A stretch of 40,722 nucleotides of DNA, from contig JACQLI010000023.1 of NCBI GenBank assembly GCA_016204125.1, positions 1 through 40,722 on the forward strand, given 5' to 3'. How positions within the stretch are numbered: the stretch's first letter is position 1; the number at the start of each line of letters is the position of its first letter. Under the pieces are notes generated by a model. The model saw nothing but the letters and a program-made list of their open reading frames with translations, made no database searches and was not told the origin of the DNA. A program made the translations under genes and the position numbers. Shown here one piece after another: positions 8,771 to 16,746 of this stretch. The stretch is from Candidatus Omnitrophota bacterium (GTDB taxonomy: Bacteria; Omnitrophota; Omnitrophia; Omnitrophales; JACQLI01).

Positions 8771-9479
8771 GAGAACTCACCAGATATTTTTCTCTTAAAT
8801 TCTCCGGATTCTCCTTTAAGAGCTTATAGCCAAAAAGGATCCGAGCGTTTCTAAGGATTTGGCGAAGAACGCCGTGTTCCATGTACCGTCTTGAGGAGAC
8901 AGCTACCGGCTCCTCGATCATAGTGATGCGGCCTTTCTTCCTCATGCAATCCGAAAAAATCAAATCCTCAAGCAAGGGAACTTCCGGAAATCCATTGAGT
9001 GATTCGAAGACTTCCCGCTTCACAAAAATTGCATTCGTTCCCACAAGACAATGCATCAGGCCAAGGTAAATGGTATTTAGGAGAAACTCGTAGACACCAA
9101 GTAGGAAACTCGTAGGCTCGTATTTTTTCCTGAATCCCCCTCCGATGTACCTTTGCTCAATCTTCTCCTGTACAAGTCCAATCGCCCTGTCTGGAAGACG
9201 CACATCTGCATGAGTAAAAAGGAAGACATCTGATTGGGCTTCGAAGGCTCCCGCATTCATCTGAAGTGCGCGATCCGGATACGCTGTCTGAAACAGGCAG
9301 ACACTTGGATACTCACGCCGGATGATTTCATCGGTGCCGTCCCGGGAATTCCCGTCCACAGCAATCACCTCATCCGCTCCGAGCGAAAGGAGGTGTGTCA
9401 GCGTCCGAGCAATAAGGGTTCTTTCGTTCGCAACCGGAACAATAATGGAAACTGTTGGTTTTTTGTCCATAACTCCCAT
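8760..9479 (-). CDS. GT-A fold glycosyltransferase, second TIGR04283-like paralog
   Basis: VSIIVPVANE, EVIAVDGNSRDGT, RALQMN, LFTHADVRLP, LEDLIF and VSSRRY. These are collinear with the 4099..4764 protein. An alternative ATG lies at 9470. Confidence 0.75.
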   Translation of the reverse strand: MGVMDKKPTVSIIVPVANERTLIARTLTHLLSLGADEVIAVDGNSRDGTDEIIRREYPSVCLFQTAYPDRALQMNAGAFEAQSDVFLFTHADVRLPDRAIGLVQEKIEQRYIGGGFRKKYEPTSFLLGVYEFLLNTIYLGLMHCLVGTNAIFVKREVFESLNGFPEVPLLEDLIFSDCMRKKGRITMIEEPVAVSSRRYMEHGVLRQILRNARILFGYKLLKENPENLREKYLVSSHGR

Positions 9480-10819
9480 CCCAAAAAGAAATAAAAGATG
9501 CCATATTCAACCAAGCGAGACAAATCGAAGAAGTGAGGTTTCCCCTGATAGGTGAAATAGAAGTCTAGGTAATAAAGAAAAATCAAGCCCGAAAGCAGGA
9601 TCAGAGAACGCAGAGGTATGAAGAAAAGAAACGGAAAGATCCATGTGAGGTACCACGGATTTCCTGTTGGAGCGAGGAGAAAAAGGAACGTCAAAACCAC
9701 AAGCGAGGCCTGGCAGAAGGAAAGGAGATCCTCTTTTCTCTTAAGCCAATGAAGGACGAGAACAATAGCTGTGGAGAAAATTCCTCCAGCGATTATCCGA
9801 CTCATTGCATGAGTCCACTCATTATTCACCGGTAGCATTGAAACGCTGCCGTGAATCAAGCTAAACAGGCCGTCGTTGACCCTCCAAGAGGTTGCAAAGA
9901 TTCCCAAACCTTCAAAAAGAGAAACTCCCACACCGGAAAAAGGAAGGTAAAAGAGAACGAGTAAAACCAAAAAGAGTCCAACTCCCAGAAAGGTTTGGCG
10001 CCTTTGCTTTGGCAAAGTCCACGCGATAAGAAGCGGGAAAAGAACGACGGGAAACCATTTGGTTAAGGCGGCTAGACTAAGAAGTCCATAGGCGGATACG
10101 AGCCAGTCTCTCGTCAGGCAATAGATCATTCCCGTAAGAAAGAGAATAACAAACACATCAAGATGAAGGCTGTTTGAAAATTCTTTTAATACGAGAGGCG
10201 ACCAGGCATAAAGAAGACTCCATTCTTTGGAAATGTCAAAGCGCTTAAGAATAGCAACTGTCAGAGAGAGAATTCCAAGTTCAGCGACAAGAATCATCGC
10301 TTTCCAACCCCAGAGTTTCCAAGGCGTGATCCACTGAGACAGGGCAAAGAGAATCTGAGCGAAGGGAGGATAAATCGTTTTAATCCCCGGGTGATTGATT
10401 CTTTCAAAGACGGCTCCCATGTCGGGAGAGCTAATCTCTCCCCTTTCTTCTCCTGTCTGAAAAGCTTCCTTGGGCGAAAGCGCGTAGGGATTCTCTCCTC
10501 GGAGAAGCGTCTCGCCATCCCAAAGGTAGCGGTAAGGATCGGTTTCCTGAATCGGGTTGGATGGAAGATACGCAACACGGCAAAGAATGGCGATCACAAA
10601 AATCCACAGAGACAGAAAAGACTTTGAGTGAGTTTCTTTCGAATTCCTCCTTAACCACTCGAAGGTTGCAAAGTAAGCAATGAACGCCAAACCTTCAAGC
10701 ATAAGGAAAGATAGAATCGGCCGCTCCGCATGGCCCGCTCCGAAGACAAAAGAATGGCTAAGCCATGAAATCCCAATTTGCGTCAACAAAATGAACGCGC
10801 CCAAGACGATCAGAGTCAT
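9398..10819 (-). CDS. polytopic membrane protein, GT-C type (DUF2029/GT87-like) glycosyltransferase
   Basis: At least 10 hydrophobic segments. The first periplasmic loop carries ETDPYRYLWDGETLLRGENPY, resembling the acidic-loop motif of polyprenyl-phosphate-sugar dependent GT-C enzymes. Confidence 0.6.
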   Translation of the reverse strand: MTLIVLGAFILLTQIGISWLSHSFVFGAGHAERPILSFLMLEGLAFIAYFATFEWLRRNSKETHSKSFLSLWIFVIAILCRVAYLPSNPIQETDPYRYLWDGETLLRGENPYALSPKEAFQTGEERGEISSPDMGAVFERINHPGIKTIYPPFAQILFALSQWITPWKLWGWKAMILVAELGILSLTVAILKRFDISKEWSLLYAWSPLVLKEFSNSLHLDVFVILFLTGMIYCLTRDWLVSAYGLLSLAALTKWFPVVLFPLLIAWTLPKQRRQTFLGVGLFLVLLVLFYLPFSGVGVSLFEGLGIFATSWRVNDGLFSLIHGSVSMLPVNNEWTHAMSRIIAGGIFSTAIVLVLHWLKRKEDLLSFCQASLVVLTFLFLLAPTGNPWYLTWIFPFLFFIPLRSLILLSGLIFLYYLDFYFTYQGKPHFFDLSRLVEYGIFYFFLGWELWTKNQQFPLLFRLRTKEPLLLGR

Positions 10820-12090
10820 GGTCGAGTCCCCCGTTCACAAATTTGGGCAAACCTTTTCGCCGAAGGACGGATCTTTCGCTCCTGCGTTTCGTAATCCACC
10901 TCAATGAGCCCAAAGCGGGGTGAGAACCCTTCCGCCCATTCATAATTATCAAGCAGGGACCAGTAGAGGTAGCCAAAGACCGGGGCTCCTTCTTGGATCG
11001 CCTTCGCAAGTTCACCTAAATGGCTCTCGATAAATTCAAACCGCTCCTCGTCATGATCCGTGCAGACTCCGTTCTCGGTAACCAGGAGCGGAAGCTTATA
11101 TTGGGAGAATTCCTTGATGAGGCGGTAAAGGCCCTGCGGGTAGATTTCCCAGGAAAGAAAATTACGCCTGCCCACTTGCCGGTGGTGTTTCAAGGTACAG
11201 ATGTCGCCGAAGAGAGCGGGGATCCGAAAGCCCTCGTTATGAACAAAATCACGCGTGTAGTAATTCATGCCGATGAAATCAAGCGTGCGTGCCTTGGGGA
11301 GCTGAATCTTAAAAAGGCCGGGATAAAAAATGCGGCCGCGGATCAAGGCCCTGATGAAAAGATGATTGAACATCAGGTTCCGAATCCAAACGGAAATCCG
11401 GTCCTTCCAGGAACGGTCGGAACAGGGAGTAAAGATCAATACGTGTTTCGCAATCCCCACTTGGGCGGGTGAGCGCTTCAGCCGCTGGTTCACCTCTTTG
11501 ACGGCGTCGTAAGCCAGGACATGACCTTTGAGGAGATGGCCTAATGCTTGCAAGGTTTTTTCGTAGGATCTTTCAGCCGGAGGCCATTCCCCCATGAAGT
11601 AACTTTTAAAAACATAGGCGACAGGTTCATTTAAAGTGATCCAGTACCGGACACCTTCGCCGAGCGTTTCGACCGCTTTTCGGACATATCGTGCAAAAAG
11701 ATTCGGTGTCTTGTGTGAAAGCCATCCGCCCTGCTTGGCAAGCCAAAGAGGCAGGGTAAAATGATGCAGCGTGACGATGGGCTCTAACCGATTCAATTTG
11801 AGGGCCTCAATGACCTCGCGGTAATGCGAAAGCGCCTCCTCGTTGAATTGGCCTTCCTCGGGTTCGATCCGGCTCCATTCCAGGGAGAAGCGGTGGGCAT
11901 TATGGTGAAGAGATTTCGCCAAAGAGAAATCTTCCCGGAACCGATTCCAGTGGTCACAAGCCTTCCCGGAACGCTCTTTGACCTTCCCGTTTTGCTCCCA
12001 ATCCCACCAGTCACTGTTTATGTTATTTCCTTCCACTTGATGAGAGGAAGTCGCCGCCCCCCAAAGGAAATCTTTTGGGAATTCAAACAT
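10816..12090 (-). CDS. glycoside hydrolase family 1 (beta-glucosidase-like)
   Basis: FLWGAATSSHQVEGN, acid/base ITLNEP and nucleophile VTENG, with no signal peptide. I set the start at the ATG at 12090, preceded by GAGGTGAGGAAG. The ORF-track start at 12099 is a GTG. Confidence 0.9.
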   Translation of the reverse strand: MFEFPKDFLWGAATSSHQVEGNNINSDWWDWEQNGKVKERSGKACDHWNRFREDFSLAKSLHHNAHRFSLEWSRIEPEEGQFNEEALSHYREVIEALKLNRLEPIVTLHHFTLPLWLAKQGGWLSHKTPNLFARYVRKAVETLGEGVRYWITLNEPVAYVFKSYFMGEWPPAERSYEKTLQALGHLLKGHVLAYDAVKEVNQRLKRSPAQVGIAKHVLIFTPCSDRSWKDRISVWIRNLMFNHLFIRALIRGRIFYPGLFKIQLPKARTLDFIGMNYYTRDFVHNEGFRIPALFGDICTLKHHRQVGRRNFLSWEIYPQGLYRLIKEFSQYKLPLLVTENGVCTDHDEERFEFIESHLGELAKAIQEGAPVFGYLYWSLLDNYEWAEGFSPRFGLIEVDYETQERKIRPSAKRFAQICERGTRP

Positions 12091-12415
12091 CTTCCTCACC
12101 TCTCAACGCTTCAATAACGTCATCCGCACAATTTTCCCGCATAAGAAAATAGGTTTCGATAGCTTGAATCGCCATTTCAGCGTCATCTCCCTCTACCTCA
12201 ACGACCAGTTTTGATTTCCATGTCGCTCCTAAAAGGAGAAGCCCCAGAATGCTTTTCCCGTCCACCGAAAGCCTCCCCTTGCGGATCCGGATGTCAGAGC
12301 TAAATTGCTTAGCGAATAAGATAAAACGGGTTGCCGTGCGGGCATGAAGACCGAGCTGACACGGCATCGTTACTTCTGTCTTCCTGATCCTCGCGTCCTT
12401 GCTTTCGAGTTCCAT
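12083..12415 (-). CDS. ptsH: HPr-family phosphocarrier protein
   Basis: Active-site His context QLGLHARTA and regulatory Ser context DGKSILGLL. I set the start at the ATG at 12415, directly preceded by AGGAGGTGGGAG. Confidence 0.8.
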   Translation of the reverse strand: MELESKDARIRKTEVTMPCQLGLHARTATRFILFAKQFSSDIRIRKGRLSVDGKSILGLLLLGATWKSKLVVEVEGDDAEMAIQAIETYFLMRENCADDVIEALRGEEDV

Positions 12416-12430
12416 CTCCCACCTCCTCAT

Positions 12431-12601
12431 TTAAAAAGGAATCTTGATCTGCTTGCCGCAATGGGGGCAAACAATGACGCGATATTTTCCGGTCGAATCT
12501 TCAACAACCCTTTCCTCAAACACAGCCTTAGGCACCCGGCTTAATCCTGAACAGCCGCTCATGAGAGTCGCGACGACGAAGATAAGAACCATCCTTTTCA
12601 T
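12431..12601 (-). CDS. small lipoprotein with CPHC motif (56 aa, below the ORF-track cutoff)
   Basis: My translation is MKRMVLIFVVATLMSGCSGLSRVPKAVFEERVVEDSTGKYRVIVCPHCGKQIKIPF. It has a lipobox-like LMSGC. It fills the gap between the oxidoreductase stop (12604) and the HPr ORF exactly. Confidence 0.45.
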   Translation of the reverse strand: MKRMVLIFVVATLMSGCSGLSRVPKAVFEERVVEDSTGKYRVIVCPHCGKQIKIPF

Positions 12602-12603
12602 GG

Positions 12604-14046
12604 TTATGCCAACCGAATCAGCCTCTTCGCTAATTTAGGAAACCAACCGCTAAACAACTTTTCTCTGTAGTATTGATCACAAGAACGTTTCACTGCTTGC
12701 GAAAGTGTCGGATAAACATGGATCGTCTGGGAAATCTGGGTGATCGGAATTCTTGCTTTCATGGCGAGAGCAAATTCGTGGAGGAGTTCTCCCGCATTCG
12801 GACCCAGAAGATGGGCACCCAAGATTTGATTCTTCCTATCGCAAACCAGCTTAATGAGGCCGTGGCCTTCCCCTTCGATCACCGCTCGATCCACATCTTC
12901 AAATTGAAACTTGAATACCTGAATATTCTTTTCTCCGTATTCTTTTTTGGCTTCTGCCTCGGTCATTCCAACGCGGCCTAACTCAGGATCCGTATAAGTG
13001 ACCCACGGCACAACGCGATAATCGGTTTTTCGGTTCATAAAAGGGAAAAGCGCATTCGAGACGACAATCCCAGCTTGATATTCCGCTACATGCGTAAAGG
13101 GATAAAGTCCCGTGACATCACCCGCTGCGAAGATGTGTCTTAAGGAAGTTCGCATCGTAGTGTCCACTTTAATTCCTTTCTTATCGTGCTCAACACCGAT
13201 AAGCTGTAAATTAAGGCCTTCGATATTTGGAGCACGGCCGATGGCAATCATCACTTCATCGACTTCCAAATTCAAATTGCCATGGATCTCGCACTGAGCC
13301 GCTAACAATCTCTTCCCATTCCCATTTCCCTTGACTTCCTTAACTTCCATGCAGGTTACAATATCAATTCCTTCTTTCTTAAGAATCCCCTCTAAGGCAT
13401 CCGCAAGTTCCTTATCCTCACGCGGTAAAATCTGACCCATTTTTTCAATAACCGTAACCTTAGAACCTAACCGTGCGAATACTTGCGCAAACTCCATTCC
13501 AATCGGTCCTGCGCCAAGAATCGCAATCGACTTGGGTAAGTCCTTAAGTTGAAGAGCGGTAATATTGGTAAGGGCACCTGATTCTTTAAGACCAGGTATG
13601 GGTAGGATCACAGGTCTTGATCCCGTTGCTATCAAGAATTTTTTAGCTTGAACTCGTCTTCCCTGTTTTCCGTTCGTCTCGAAGGTATGAGGATCGATGA
13701 ACTTCCCTTCTCCAAAGATCACCTCAACACCCATCTTTCTGAATCTCTCGGGATCGTCATTCTTGCCAATGCGTTCTTGAACTGAACGCATCCGGTTCAT
13801 AACTTTTTTGAAATTTACCTGCGCTCCAGATTTCTCGATCCCGAATTCTTCAGAACGCTTGATGAGGGAAGCGACTTTCGCAGACTGAACGAGGGTTTTT
13901 GTCGGAACGCAGCCCCAGTGAAGGCAGTCTCCCCCGAGAGATTCTTTCTCCACTAGGGCAACCTTTGCTCCAAACTGAGCGGCTCCACTTGCGGTAACAA
14001 GCCCTGCAACACCGCCTCCTATAATCACCAGGTCAAACTGTGTCAT
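12604..14046 (-). CDS. class I FAD-dependent pyridine nucleotide-disulfide oxidoreductase (dihydrolipoyl dehydrogenase / mercuric reductase-like)
   Basis: FAD fold VIIGGGVAGL, redox-active disulfide GGDCLHWGCVPTK, NAD fold ILGAGPIGMEFA and a C-terminal interface motif HVYPTLSQ. Confidence 0.85.
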   Translation of the reverse strand: MTQFDLVIIGGGVAGLVTASGAAQFGAKVALVEKESLGGDCLHWGCVPTKTLVQSAKVASLIKRSEEFGIEKSGAQVNFKKVMNRMRSVQERIGKNDDPERFRKMGVEVIFGEGKFIDPHTFETNGKQGRRVQAKKFLIATGSRPVILPIPGLKESGALTNITALQLKDLPKSIAILGAGPIGMEFAQVFARLGSKVTVIEKMGQILPREDKELADALEGILKKEGIDIVTCMEVKEVKGNGNGKRLLAAQCEIHGNLNLEVDEVMIAIGRAPNIEGLNLQLIGVEHDKKGIKVDTTMRTSLRHIFAAGDVTGLYPFTHVAEYQAGIVVSNALFPFMNRKTDYRVVPWVTYTDPELGRVGMTEAEAKKEYGEKNIQVFKFQFEDVDRAVIEGEGHGLIKLVCDRKNQILGAHLLGPNAGELLHEFALAMKARIPITQISQTIHVYPTLSQAVKRSCDQYYREKLFSGWFPKLAKRLIRLA

Positions 14047-14716
14047 AGGAATTCCCTCCCTTGATTTTTTTGTAAATTGACGGCAGAAAGGAAATGAAAA
14101 TCAAAAGCACGCCGGCCAGAATCAAATTGAGAAAGGCCGCTCGACTGGCTCCTTGAACTCCTTCGAGAAGCGCATCTGCAAAATAGGTGTAGATAAAAGT
14201 CCCGGGTAGCATTCCAATTACTGACGCTAGGAGATAATCGCGATACCTGACGGCTGAGAAACCTGCACCAAAATTGAGACCGTTAAAGGGAACAATTGGA
14301 ATTAGGCGAAGACGGAAAATGGTTTTAAAGCCAGACCTTCCGATTTGCTCATCGAGCTCGGCAAGTTTTCCGCCCTTTAGGAAGCTCTTTACAAAATCAC
14401 GCCCCAAATAACGTGCTGCAAAGAAAGCGAGCGACGCTCCAAGGTTTGAAGCAATCACGTTATAAAGCGTTCCCCATGCCGTACCAAAAACGGCTCCCCC
14501 AGCAAGTGTTAGCAGCGAACCTGGTAAAGCGACAACACATCCAACAGAATAAATCGCAATAAAAATGAACGGTCCCCACCATTGGCCCCGTAGGGATTCA
14601 AGAAAACTGACGATCTGTTCCTTTGTAAAATACTGAGAAAGGGGTGTGTAGCGCACGACGAGACCAACGACAAGAATAACAGCTACTAAAATGATAAATC
14701 TCGTTATTTTGTTCAT
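14033..14716 (-). CDS. TVP38/TMEM64 (DedA superfamily) membrane protein
   Basis: LPGSLLTLAGGAVFG and RLIPIVPFNGLNFGAG motifs in a multi-TM protein. Its stop overlaps the oxidoreductase start by 14 nt. Confidence 0.8.
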   Translation of the reverse strand: MNKITRFIILVAVILVVGLVVRYTPLSQYFTKEQIVSFLESLRGQWWGPFIFIAIYSVGCVVALPGSLLTLAGGAVFGTAWGTLYNVIASNLGASLAFFAARYLGRDFVKSFLKGGKLAELDEQIGRSGFKTIFRLRLIPIVPFNGLNFGAGFSAVRYRDYLLASVIGMLPGTFIYTYFADALLEGVQGASRAAFLNLILAGVLLIFISFLPSIYKKIKGGNSYDTV

Positions 14717-14719
14717 TAC

Positions 14720-15013
14720 TCAGCGCTCCTTAACTTCGAGACCATTTGCCTTGAGAATTTCAAGTGCATGCGCACGACAATCCAAAAAATGGCGCAGCTG
14801 ATCCGGCTTTTCAGCTTCAACCATGTGAATCAAATCCTTTTCGCTTACATCAAGCAATGCGATGGTAGCAAGATATTCCCTATCCTTTTCTGATTTCATC
14901 TGCGTCATGAGTTCCTGCGTGGCAATTCCCTCCACAAATCGCAAACGAACCAATGCCGCAAGCTTCTTAAAAGGAATTCCGCAATAACAGGCCGAAACTT
15001 TGATTTTCTCCAC
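14720..15013 (-). CDS. hypothetical 97-aa protein
   Basis: ORF tightly packed in the array, 3 nt from the downstream gene. The N-terminal SACYCGIPFKKL is reminiscent of the first Cys pair of BFD-like domains, but no second Cys pair is present. Confidence 0.45.
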   Translation of the reverse strand: MEKIKVSACYCGIPFKKLAALVRLRFVEGIATQELMTQMKSEKDREYLATIALLDVSEKDLIHMVEAEKPDQLRHFLDCRAHALEILKANGLEVKER

Positions 15014-15029
15014 TGGAATGCTCCTTACA

Positions 15030-15272
15030 TCAAGTTCTTGAGGCGCTTCCTAAATTCTCTTTCATCAAGCGCGAGAACGCCTCAAGCAAACGTTCTGGAA
15101 TTTCTCCACAGCTGACATCAAATTGAGCATCTGTCTTTTTTCCGAGCTCGGTTATGAAATCGCGGCATGGTTTGCACTTCTTGACGTGAGACTGAAACTG
15201 TCTCTGGGCCTCACTAGAAGGTTTTGTCTCAGCAAATGTATAAATCAAATCTGCGGCTTCGTTACAGGTCAT
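15030..15272 (-). CDS. small soluble ZAS-like (HxxxCxxC) putative anti-sigma / redox-sensor protein
   Basis: HVKKCKPC motif and an upstream Cys (MTCNE) with no TM segment. It is collinear with the anti-sigma factor at 16961..17254, including EIPERL versus EIPPEL. Its start forms an ATGA overlap with the DUF547 gene stop. Confidence 0.55.
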   Translation of the reverse strand: MTCNEAADLIYTFAETKPSSEAQRQFQSHVKKCKPCRDFITELGKKTDAQFDVSCGEIPERLLEAFSRLMKENLGSASRT

Positions 15273-16372
15273 GTCTTGTTCTCCTTTTCATTGAGGCTCC
15301 AGTCATATTCGAGCCATTCGATTTTGGTTTTCTCAGAGATTTTTTCTTTAGCCTCTTTCGGCCCGTGGGTCTTCACAAAACTGAGAATCCCGTCCGCCCT
15401 TTCAAAATCCTTCCGGAACCATTTGAAGATGGGAGAAAGATAAAGTGTATCGGTCGCCTCATCGTAACGGGATTTCTTTGGATCTGACAGGAAATTCCGG
15501 ACCTGATCATTGAGTTGGGCATCGAGCTTACTTCCTTGGTAAGGTTCGCTTCGAATGACCGGACAACCCAAGGAGGCGCAAACAAGCGCAAAGTGGATCC
15601 TTGGCTCCTGAAATTCTTTTCGAAGGATTTGGTGTTCAATATGATTAAGGCTCAACGACTCGTCGAAAACTTTGAGGACTTTGCGGGCCCAAACATCCGG
15701 AATCTGCTGGATGCTATTTTCGGGATAGGCCAGCGCTTTCCATCCGAATCTTTTCTGCAAAGGATAATGATCGATCACTAACTTAACTGCGGCTGCATTG
15801 TAGGTGTTGATCCAGAAGGCAATCTTTTCATCTCGGCTCATTTCCTCATAGTTTTCTTTGGAAAGACTTTCGAGCGATTTCATATATTCATTCAAACCCT
15901 GTCTCTCGCGCTTTAATTTCAAATAGTCTACCCTGTCATTAACGGCATAACCTCGAAGGACTTTCGCATAGGCAGAATAATCAAAAGTAAACTCTGCGCT
16001 CGCAAATGCACTTTCGAAAAACGTCGAAGTACCTAGAAATAAAAAGAGAAAAAGAGGCATGCGATGAAGAAACATCGGACAATGTCCACCGCCCAAGAAC
16101 TGCCAGATCCTTGTATTCAAAACGAAATGACGGATCGCCGGCTTTCCTTGCTCCTCTTCTCTAAAAATGAGGCAGACCAGAAAACGCATCGAGATCTTCA
16201 ACGTTTCCCACAGGGCATAGAAAATGCCGGACAAAATTGCCAGCATTCCACCGAGGACAAGCAGAGGACTCAACCACCAACCAAAGAGGATATTTATCAA
16301 AGGGGACACGGCCAACATAAATCCCACCGTCATGCCTCCGATGCCCATCAATGCAAGTTCGCCGGGTTTCAT
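15269..16372 (-). CDS. DUF547 domain membrane protein
   Basis: WINTYNAAAVKLVI and IHFALVCASLGCP hallmarks of DUF547, with N-terminal hydrophobic helices. Its start forms an ATGA overlap with the upstream stop. Confidence 0.75.
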   Translation of the reverse strand: MKPGELALMGIGGMTVGFMLAVSPLINILFGWWLSPLLVLGGMLAILSGIFYALWETLKISMRFLVCLIFREEEQGKPAIRHFVLNTRIWQFLGGGHCPMFLHRMPLFLFLFLGTSTFFESAFASAEFTFDYSAYAKVLRGYAVNDRVDYLKLKRERQGLNEYMKSLESLSKENYEEMSRDEKIAFWINTYNAAAVKLVIDHYPLQKRFGWKALAYPENSIQQIPDVWARKVLKVFDESLSLNHIEHQILRKEFQEPRIHFALVCASLGCPVIRSEPYQGSKLDAQLNDQVRNFLSDPKKSRYDEATDTLYLSPIFKWFRKDFERADGILSFVKTHGPKEAKEKISEKTKIEWLEYDWSLNEKENKT

Positions 16373-16746
16373 GGTTCTATCCGCACGGTTTTAATACCTT
16401 CGAGCTCTTTGGCACGCGTTCTATGCCATTCCTCCAGGATTTTGAAATCGGCCAATAAAGCTTCTTCTTCAGAAATTAGATCATCGTACTCTTTAATACT
16501 CTCTTTGAGCTGAGGCGATGCAGAGGGTCTTGATCGCTTGGTAAAATTTTCCCTTTCCCTCTTATAGCCAGCAATATCCTCTCTTTGCCACTCGGCCAGC
16601 TCACGGTAGGACTCGGCCTGTTTAAGATGCTGCGCGGCTGTCTCAAGAACTTGGGGCCAACCTTGGTTTGGAAAGGCAAAACTGAGTAGTACCAGAAGAA
16701 TCACGAAGACAACCCCATCCGTTTTCATCTGATTCACCCTCTTCAT
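16369..16746 (-). CDS. secreted/anchored helical protein of unknown function
   Basis: Hydrophobic VVFVILLVLLSFAF followed by a charged helical region. I chose the start MKRV at 16746 because its ATG overlaps the TGA of the small upstream ORF. An alternative ATG lies at 16779. Confidence 0.5.
   Translation of the reverse strand: MKRVNQMKTDGVVFVILLVLLSFAFPNQGWPQVLETAAQHLKQAESYRELAEWQREDIAGYKRERENFTKRSRPSASPQLKESIKEYDDLISEEEALLADFKILEEWHRTRAKELEGIKTVRIEP

Noticed and set aside
14720-15013. BFD-like [2Fe-2S] domain call for the 97-aa protein, based on ACYCG
   Set aside because: Only the first Cys pair is present and the second CxxC pair of the domain is missing, so I kept it as hypothetical.
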